Virus record (IMG/VR): IMGVR_UViG_3300014491_000004
Location: 1 to 53,686 of that record
Source of the DNA: a virus
Lineage: Duplodnaviria; Caudoviricetes
Length of the DNA stretch: 53,686 nucleotides
Strand: one strand, 5' to 3'
Shown: positions 18,640-26,900 of the stretch, in pieces
Position numbering within the stretch: position 1 is the first letter of the stretch
How the letters are laid out: each line of letters begins with the position of its first letter
The notes under the pieces: model-generated
Told to the model about the DNA's origin: nothing
The model's input: the letters and a program-made list of their open reading frames with translations, nothing else
Database searches by the model: none
Translations under genes and position numbers: made by a program

Positions 18640-19473
18640 TTAGATTAGGCTCGCTACACCAAGCCAAGGCTCAATGGTAGACGGCACATGCGTGCAAATT
18701 CCTACAACTCCAACACCTGCTGCTTTAGCCTGATGTGTTTGATCGGTGTATTTCCCGACATTCGCATAAGTTACAGAGGTACCACAGTATAGGTATTGTC
18801 CGATTTTAAAAGTTCCATTAGCGTCATAGCCCTGATAGTCCACATTGCCCTGCCAAAGTGCGCGGACAACAGGAGCTTTTTTAGAACCAGACGGCCCAAT
18901 TGCACCAGCGAATTCGCCGGGACCGTTGAGCAGCGTTGCGAACGGGACATTTCCTTCGTTAGCTCCATAAGAACCTGCACCTGTATCACAAGGTACAATG
19001 TTTCCAATAGAACCAAACGCAGGCTCGTAAGCTGACTGGTAAGCAATGGGATAGGTAAGAGTAGCAGCACTGTCAATCAGCGCTACAATTACACCACCAA
19101 GGTACCCAGCAGAAGTAAGAGTCTGTTGGTCACTTCCCGGATCACCAGTTAGGGAAACGGCGGGCGTACAGTTGACCGAATCGTTTTGACCGTAATATGT
19201 TAATTTACAGGTTTGTTATCAACTACTTATAACAGTAATGGTACTGGATGTAACATTACTATAAGTAGTTGAGATAAGGCATTTCTGCTTATCTCTTACG
19301 GTTACTATTCCCGTAATGCTCGGACTATCGCACCATCCATTTGGATGCCTTCTCGCTTAGTCTCTCAGGCTGCTATTTCTAGCTTGCCCCTTGTTGGCGT
19401 TTCAGCGTTCAAGTCAATAAGAGAAGGTTTACAAACTTTAAGTTTCCTTAAAGCGGCCCCAATTGAGGCTCAT
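18640..19473 (-). CDS. Head decoration/cement-like protein, intron-split: join(19473..19466, 19207..18640), 191 aa, MSLKLTYYGQNDSVNCTP...WLGVASLI
   Basis: The frame is open from 19206 to 18640 with no early start codon. Removing 19208..19465 joins ATG AGC CT|T AAA in frame behind a GGAG SD. The gene lies directly upstream of the MCP. Confidence 0.8.
19208..19465 (-). ncRNA. ORF-less group I self-splicing intron (258 nt)
   Basis: P1 GCCU|C-AAUU-GGGGC with a U.G pair at the 5' splice site. P3 CCUUCUC/GAGAAGG. P7 GACUA/UAGUC within R-like GAGAGACUA and S-like GAUAGUCC. Terminal G. Splicing restores the reading frame. Confidence 0.9.
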
Positions 19474-19636
19474 ATTTTTTAGTTTCTCCGTGTAGCTTAA
19501 GAATTGTTTTAAAACCAATCTAGTCCTTTTGGAAAGGAGTAAGACTATAGAATTAAAACGGCTACATTCATGCGATTAATAATTGGTTTTCAAACTAACT
19601 ATCTTTTTTATCATTTTGTTAGTATTTATAGTAATA

Positions 19637-20551
19637 ATGTCCTTACCAAATTGGATTCGTGATAAATTAGCTACTTTTGAATCTAAAGCTGATTTTTCAC
19701 TTTATTGTAATTTTATTGATAGTTGCCCTACGAGGGATAAAAATGGGTCCGAATTACATCACATTTTACCAAGAAGTGCTTTTCCAGAAGATACTAAATA
19801 TCCAGATAATTTGATTTTTCTTTCATATCAAGACCATTTTAAAGCACATTATTGGCTAGCGGTATGTGCTCCTCAAATTTATAAATTTCAACTTACATTT
19901 TATTACATGGCCAATAATAAAACTGTGTATCAAGTCTCTGAAGAAGAATTACCTAGTTATGCTGAAGTATATGAGCGCGGAAGAATATTACAGTCAAAAA
20001 TAGTTACTGAATATAATGAAAAAGAAAATATTAAGCTACAAAATTTCCAATGTGATATTTGCGGGAAAGAATTTATACAAGTTACTAAAGGGGTTTTTGG
20101 TGGGCATAGACGTTTTTGTATAAATCATGCTGCTAAAAAAATACCGGATCGTCCCAATGTTATCTTTACAGATGAACAAATCAAACGATGTGGTAAATGT
20201 TTAACCAATAAGCCTCTTAACGAGTTTAATAAAGAACGTAAAGCCAGGTTAGGAAGGGCTAATTTTTGCAGGTTATGTGCCCGTGCTCACAACAAAGCAA
20301 AAAATGTAGATTTCAAATTAGGTACTATAAAAAACGAAACTAACACTTTAAAAGATTACACATGCCCTAATTGTGAGAGGGAATTTAAACAAGTAAAGCC
20401 TGGTGTTTTTGGTGGGCATAGACGAAGTTGTATTAACTATAGAGATAGGCGAGAAGAATTTCTTAAATGGTCAGGTACTATACAGGAGTTTGCTAACTTA
20501 CATGAACTCCCTTTTCAAACTGTATGGCGCTGGCATCTAAATCGAAAATAA
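19637..20551 (+). CDS. Free-standing HNH homing endonuclease with duplicated Zn-finger DNA-binding modules
   Basis: ELHHILPRS..P....NLI.L...DHFKAH, two CxxC..EF.QV..GVFGGHRR.C repeats and a CxxC...CxxC module. Likely start is MSLPNW at 19637 (the ORF track starts at 19583). Confidence 0.8.
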   Translation: MSLPNWIRDKLATFESKADFSLYCNFIDSCPTRDKNGSELHHILPRSAFPEDTKYPDNLIFLSYQDHFKAHYWLAVCAPQIYKFQLTFYYMANNKTVYQVSEEELPSYAEVYERGRILQSKIVTEYNEKENIKLQNFQCDICGKEFIQVTKGVFGGHRRFCINHAAKKIPDRPNVIFTDEQIKRCGKCLTNKPLNEFNKERKARLGRANFCRLCARAHNKAKNVDFKLGTIKNETNTLKDYTCPNCEREFKQVKPGVFGGHRRSCINYRDRREEFLKWSGTIQEFANLHELPFQTVWRWHLNRK

Positions 20552-20556
20552 TGGAG

Positions 20557-20586
20557 CAAAACAAAAGCCCCGGTTTCCCGGGGCTC
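20557..20586 (-). terminator. Terminator between the convergent scaffold and HNH genes
   Basis: agccccgg / ccggggct stem with an A-rich flank that reads as a U-tract on the minus strand. Confidence 0.7.
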
Positions 20587-20607
20587 ATTGTTAGAAGTAA
20601 AAATAAG

Positions 20608-22872
20608 TTAAAAGTCATCGTCCCCAAATAAAGCGGAAGCGATATTCATTGGTTTAGGTGCAGAGGCTGTAACAGCTTTTAGTTTTTTGATAACTGGTGT
20701 TTTGGCTGAACTTTCTTTTGATTTAGTAGGTAGTTTGAGTTCGTTAGTTTCGTCTTGTTTTACACGTTTAAATCCGCCATCTTCGGGCTTCTGATCTTCA
20801 ATTGCCTCAGCGAATAGATCGCCTTCGTGATCGGATTCATTATCTCTACTCTCACCCTTTGCGGTATCTGTTTCCATCTTATTGGCGAGTTCGCCTGTAG
20901 ATGTTGGAATTACAGTCATACCAGCAACATCAGCTGCGGTACGAATTTCACCGGCAATAAGATGAGCCAATGGGTCACTATCACTACCGCGCAAAGAGAA
21001 GAAATCATCCATTGATGCCATTTGAGGTTCATCCAAACTAGCTTCCATGGTTTCCGCAGCGCTGGGGGCAAAATACTCTTCCCCATTACCAGCGGTATGT
21101 TCATCATCCTCATTTGCCAGGGCGCTAACTTTTTCTTCCATTTCTTCTGTAGCGCTTCCATCTTCATTGAAGATTCCGGACATATCGAGTTCTTCACCTT
21201 CAGGTCCAACTTCCTCGGGTCCTTCATTCATTTTTGACAAATCAAGTTCTTCATCGCCTTCAGACAGGATTTCCTGTTCCAAAGCTTGGATCGCTTCTTG
21301 AGCTTCTTCAATTTTCTCTTCAACGACCATTTTCTTTTCATCAGAAAGAACTTCACCTGGGGTATCCGCGCCCTCTTCGGTTGGCGGCATATCCATTGGT
21401 GCTTCTTCCATTGCTTCATCTTCTGGTGGTACATCCATTGGAGCTTCTTCTACTGGAGCTTCACCGTCCATGGGAGGTACATCATCGGTTGGTGGGGCAT
21501 CCATAACAGGTGGGGCAGCTTTTTTAGTGGTTGCTTCTTTCTTATCTTTCTTGTCTTTAGACTTTCCTGTGTTTTTGCAGAAGTTACAACTGCAATCTGG
21601 TTTGTGAGCGGCTTCCTTCTTGTTGTCACACTTACAAGGTCCTTTACATTTTTCGCACTTGGCTGCTGCTTTTTCAGTAGCTCCGCATTTGCATTTGCCT
21701 TCTTCGCAATCGCACTTAGCAGTCTTAGACGCTTTCTTGTCGCCATCAGATTTGTTAATAGTATTATCTGGACGATTCTGAGGTTCGGTTTGAGATGAAG
21801 TTGAACCAGCGTCCATTTCCTTAGGCTCAGTATGCTTACCGCCGCCGCAGCCTCTACCATCATTATAAGTTTCGGGTTGAGGACCAGATTCTTTACGATC
21901 ATCAGCAACTTTATCAGTTATACGGCGACCACCGGCATTCTTGGGTTCACCCTTGAGTTCGGCAGCTACAGCTCGTTGTTCTGAAGTTAGTTCGGATGAT
22001 GGTGGGAGAAGATCATTCATTTCTTTCTTGTGAACTTCTTCGGCTTGCTTGGTATAATGAGAATTCTTTGCGGTTTGACGAAGCATCGCATTCAATACCG
22101 GAGTAGTATTTTGAAGTAGGGTAGCAGCTGCGCTCTTTTGCACTTCTGCGGGCGCGGTTGGGAGCATAGTTTTTGCGATTGTCCACGCTGCGGCAACACG
22201 CTGTTGTGCTTCTTTCCTAATCGCCTCGCGTCTAATTTTTGTATCTGCCAGCTTTTGATTTACTGAAGCTGTGGCTTGAGTCGGAGTTGCCATATAATTG
22301 CCTTCCTTTTTTGAGTTCAAATGGGCAAAATTGCCCCTCTCTTCAAGAGATTGATAGTTAATTTTCTTACTAGTTGAGTTTTTAGAAGCCGCCATAGGGG
22401 GTTCCAATGGGGGGGCTCCTGCTTCAGGGGGTGTAGTTGGTGCTGCCGGGTGTACGGGTTCTGATACAGGAGGGGCAGATTCAGGCGCTACAGGACTTGG
22501 TGGGGGCATCATACCCATATCTGCACCGCCGCCTAAATCACCTTCCATGCCAGGTAATGCAGAACCAGGGGCTACTTCTCCTCCGGCAATATCAGTAATT
22601 TCAATATCAATTTCACTTAAAAGTTGTTTTATATCCTCAGACCAGGGACCACCTTTAAACTTTTCCCATTCACCTATAAGCTGCACGCCCTCGCGCATAT
22701 TATGAATTTCTTCTTCAAGTTCTTCGCGTTTCTCTGCGAGTAGGTCAAATTCAGGCGATGAAGACATATCCGGAGGAAGGTTGGAATCCATTTCCAAAAG
22801 CTGATCATCCATCATATCCAGATCTGCTTGTTTTCGTTCTAGTGCTGCTTGTACTGTTTTTAGGTTTGCCAT
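20608..22872 (-). CDS. Probable capsid scaffolding/prohead core protein
   Basis: 754 aa, highly acidic and Pro-rich with coiled coils. It lies between the protease and capsid genes and has many K-x-A sites. Confidence 0.7.
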   Translation of the reverse strand: MANLKTVQAALERKQADLDMMDDQLLEMDSNLPPDMSSSPEFDLLAEKREELEEEIHNMREGVQLIGEWEKFKGGPWSEDIKQLLSEIDIEITDIAGGEVAPGSALPGMEGDLGGGADMGMMPPPSPVAPESAPPVSEPVHPAAPTTPPEAGAPPLEPPMAASKNSTSKKINYQSLEERGNFAHLNSKKEGNYMATPTQATASVNQKLADTKIRREAIRKEAQQRVAAAWTIAKTMLPTAPAEVQKSAAATLLQNTTPVLNAMLRQTAKNSHYTKQAEEVHKKEMNDLLPPSSELTSEQRAVAAELKGEPKNAGGRRITDKVADDRKESGPQPETYNDGRGCGGGKHTEPKEMDAGSTSSQTEPQNRPDNTINKSDGDKKASKTAKCDCEEGKCKCGATEKAAAKCEKCKGPCKCDNKKEAAHKPDCSCNFCKNTGKSKDKKDKKEATTKKAAPPVMDAPPTDDVPPMDGEAPVEEAPMDVPPEDEAMEEAPMDMPPTEEGADTPGEVLSDEKKMVVEEKIEEAQEAIQALEQEILSEGDEELDLSKMNEGPEEVGPEGEELDMSGIFNEDGSATEEMEEKVSALANEDDEHTAGNGEEYFAPSAAETMEASLDEPQMASMDDFFSLRGSDSDPLAHLIAGEIRTAADVAGMTVIPTSTGELANKMETDTAKGESRDNESDHEGDLFAEAIEDQKPEDGGFKRVKQDETNELKLPTKSKESSAKTPVIKKLKAVTASAPKPMNIASALFGDDDF

Positions 22873-22917
22873 AGTTGGTAAATTCCTTGTTCTATAGAGA
22901 ATTTCGTAGTTGGGTTT

Positions 22918-23832
22918 CTAGCGCCGTAACCCCCCTTTGATGTCATTTTCAAGCAAAAATTCACAGATGTCCGACCGGTCAGAAGCTGCTTTTGCAAACG
23001 CAGCTGTCTTAGCCGCAGTCTGTGTATATGGGGTTTTTGGTCCTTCCCACGATTCAGCGACTATATTTCGTTTCACCGCGCCAGGAAAAGCTGGAGTTGC
23101 TACCCAACTGGCTTCTACAAATTTTACTCCGCCATTAGGCATCGTTTTATGCCCGCAAAGTTCCGCTATTCTACGAGGGATCCCGTTATCGTCGGCCAGA
23201 AAGGTCCCTTTTTGATATTGTAAATGGGAACAGTAGGTACTAGCATCAGTTACATGCGCACCGCAGTAAGAACAAATAACTAAGTCTGTAACACATCCCA
23301 TGGAGAGATAACGCACGTTGCCGTCTCGAATGTCGCTCACCAGCTTCTCGTGAGTGACATCAGTCGCTACGAGGATGTCACAGAAATAAACCCAGATGCC
23401 GCCCGCGATATTGATCTTACGCAAGACTTGACTGAGGATATGCCCTTTTGCATATTTCGAATTCTGGAAATGCTCAACGAAGTTGAACGCGCCTACGAAA
23501 GATGGTGCAGAAAGTTTCAGTACTTCGTTCGTCCACGCGTCATCGTTATTATTCACCAAATGACTTGTCTCGGGCTTGATGAAATAGTCGAATGGTTCTT
23601 CTTCAGTCATCACTGATGCCATGATCGTGCAATGGCTAAGCAAGTAATTTGAGGACTTTGCAATTTTTTGCGCGGACGCGGTTTTGCAGAACGGATGATC
23701 CCCGTCAATGTGGCATCCACGAAATGCTCGGCTGCCGTACATTTTTTCCCAATCACCGGGTTTTAGAACGGGCTCTGTAACAGCCGCATTTGCAAATTTT
23801 TTAAAAGGCATCCTATTTTGTTTTGTCCACAC
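22918..23832 (-). CDS. Prohead (capsid maturation) protease with Zn-ribbon insertion
   Basis: NNNDDAW, NFVEH, LSMGC (Ser nucleophile), CSYCG..C.H and FVEASWVATPAFPGA match an HK97/herpes-type protease pattern. The real start may be MPFKK at 23811. Confidence 0.85.
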   Translation of the reverse strand: MWTKQNRMPFKKFANAAVTEPVLKPGDWEKMYGSRAFRGCHIDGDHPFCKTASAQKIAKSSNYLLSHCTIMASVMTEEEPFDYFIKPETSHLVNNNDDAWTNEVLKLSAPSFVGAFNFVEHFQNSKYAKGHILSQVLRKINIAGGIWVYFCDILVATDVTHEKLVSDIRDGNVRYLSMGCVTDLVICSYCGAHVTDASTYCSHLQYQKGTFLADDNGIPRRIAELCGHKTMPNGGVKFVEASWVATPAFPGAVKRNIVAESWEGPKTPYTQTAAKTAAFAKAASDRSDICEFLLENDIKGGLRR

Positions 23833-23921
23833 AATTGGCTCAAGTATTTAACAGAGGCTTAAAAAAATAGCACAAGCATCTTTAAATAATTGACATATTT
23901 ATACCAATGCTGAGTCCTTAC

Positions 23922-26900
23922 TTATGATGTGGGTATTGAATAAACACCTTTACAATCTGTACATTCAGTCAAATCCATGCCCGCAACTTTCTTCAAGTTA
24001 GCGCTCTTACATAAAGGACATCCACTTCCTAGCACTCCCATGCCGTGTAGATGTTCTTTATCTCCAGTAGAAAATTCAGGTGTGGCTATGGGTTTTTGTT
24101 TCTCTTTTGGCGGATTATAGGGATAATCGTAGAAATTAGCGGTAAACTCTTCCCCTATCTCAGCCCACATTTCCTCCATGGTTCGGCCATCCTCGGCTGC
24201 TTGTTGCTGAATATAATCTTCTTCCATAAAATGGCGCTTGGCTTCTTCTTTAGCATCACTTACTTGTTCAAGGAAGTATTCGCCTTCTGAGTCTAATTGA
24301 TCTTCGTCATCTGCTATTTTATTTTCTATTTCTACGACAGAAGACAAAACTTTAAAACAAGATTCTTTTGGCTCTATAGGATTATCTGGAGTTTGGTGCA
24401 TCATATCCCATAAATTATTCCATGCTTTATTCATCAACCCTTTTGCCATAAATTCTTTGGGTATACTATTACGCTGAATTAATTCTGTTACATCGGCCAA
24501 ATCTTTGGTTCTGCCCCATGGATTAGAAGCGTAACTACCCAATTTTAAATCAATCAATTCTTCTAATGTAATTAATTTCGGTACAAGCGTTATTTCTGAC
24601 GGGACGGGAAAAGGAACAGGACCTATATTCATACGATCCCCAGCCAGTAATAAATCAACTTCTTCATTTGTTTCATTATCTATAACTGTGTTTGGAGTAT
24701 TGGCTTTATGAAATCCGTTTCCAATAAGTAGTTGTATGGATTGAATTCTATCAGGTACAATAATATCTATATCTTTAGTATAACGAGGATATCCGTATTC
24801 TTGTACCGCATAACCCCCCGCTACTAATGTTGGGATTCCATTTTCCCCTAAGATTTTAACCGCTTTTTTAAGAGTTTCCTCAATTTTAGAACCAGAAGAT
24901 TTTCTAATCCAATGAGCTTCTTTGCGATTAAAAGCGGCTTGTTTACTGCCTTCTACCCCAAAAGAATTGAGCCATTTTTTGTCATGGGGATTTATCGTTT
25001 TTTCATGGGTTACATTACCCTTGACATCATCAACCATATCTAAAAACTCCGGAGTAAGAGGTCGATCTCTGACATGGTCATGCGTGTAACCATTGGCTTC
25101 AAATTCTTGATTCAGTTTTTTGATTTCTCCCAGTAGACGCTGAGATTCTTCTCGGGGTATTTCTGGATGATCTGCGATGCTGTACAAATAATCAATTTCA
25201 TTGATTATTTCTTCTTTGGAACGAGGAGTTTTTCCAGCGCTAGAGAATCGATATACCTTCGGTAAAGCAGCACCTTTAATACGGGGATCAATCTGCTTCG
25301 GCTTAGGTAATTTGGGTTCATCAATAATTCCATCCCGCACTCCGTGCATCGCTTCATCTTGCTCATCAGTGTCTAAGTGCCGTCTCATATCATCGCGGGG
25401 CGGCAACATAGTAGGAGTTTCATGAATGTCTACAAAGGATTTTTTCCTACTACCCGTGGTTCTTTGATATTTCTTCAAATCTGTTTTTTCTGACCTGGGA
25501 GTTCGCTCCTTGAATGTAATTTGCGTTTGATTTGGATCCTTTTCTTGTGGTGACCCTTTTATGAGTAATCTTTCCAAGGCTCCGGTGGCGTTACCATAGA
25601 ACTCACTAAACTCATCATCACTAAAACCATCATTATAATCACCACCCATCCAAATTTTTATCTGCCCGTTGGATAAATCTTTATTTTCTCTGTCTGGATC
25701 TGAAACCAATTTCACAGCTTCATCATAGGAAATAAGTTCATAAACAGGACTGGCATCCCAAGAAAAATTCTGACCCGCATTTTCTCCGTAACGTAAAACA
25801 GTGTTCGCTTGATCATTATCTTGTTCGTAAGGATCTGTAATGGCGTATTCTAGGTCACTTATACGGCGTTCATTGAGCACTTTATCTCCAGCCATGTTAA
25901 AAGCCATGTCCACCAATGGCCAAATGACTCCCCCTATTCGACGATCATAATCCAACATATCCCTAAGTACGGAATCATCTAATAAATTAAATTCAAAATT
26001 TGGGTTGAGTCGTTTTTGGATTTCGATGAAACGATTCAGCTCATTAGGGTTTTCCGCTTTAATTTTTTCTGCCATTATTTTTAATGCACGGGGACTCAAA
26101 CCATTATCAATTAAAATATTGATTCGCTCTTCTGGTGCCGTGTTGTCATCAAAAGCGTTAGGATTATCTGTAGTGGATTGTAAAAGATCGTAAGCATTTC
26201 TCGATTCTTGATCTCCGATTGCATTGAGCATCTGCCCTACATCAACCCAGCTGTTGACAATGAAAGCGTCCAAATCCCTATTAAATGATGACGGATCCCC
26301 ATCATCTTCGGCCAATCCTAAGGCTGTAGCAATCGTAGCTACAGCTTTGTCCCCTTTGCCTACAGCTTCCCAGACTTTATCTGGATTTCCAAAATTTGGG
26401 TTTGCTTGTTTAATTTCATCTTGTTCTTTAAACGATAAATCGTCCCAATGAAAATTATGCTTTGGCAAATATCCGCCGCCCATAATGCCGAAGATACGAG
26501 GGTCTTTTAGCAAAGCTATAATGTAAGGATGATATCTGACCACAGGTTTATCATTGTTACGTCCTTTCATTTCCCCCAAGAATTTACCCGCGCGGAGAAT
26601 AAAGGTGCAGTGAGGTGACCAGTATTGATTGCCCCCTTTCATTACCGGTTGTCTTAAACTTAAAATTCTATCCCCGGTATTCTTACGAGGAGAGTTACCG
26701 CAGTGACCCATAGCTTTAGCTTCTTCCGAGCAGTACGCCCTATCTAATAACCACCAAGCCCAACCGTCAGGAAATCCAATAAAAATTTCATCTTCAGGAT
26801 CATTGTCTTCTTCTGAAATAGTTCGTCTTTCAGATTCCACTCGTTCCCTAATATCATTTTCCAGCTTCTTAAAATCATCAACTAACTGTTTCGGAGTTTC

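Noticed and set aside
18771-19076. 101-aa ORF, and the 67-aa call at 18640..18843
   Set aside because: The first is an alternative-frame shadow and the second a truncation of the intron-split decoration gene.
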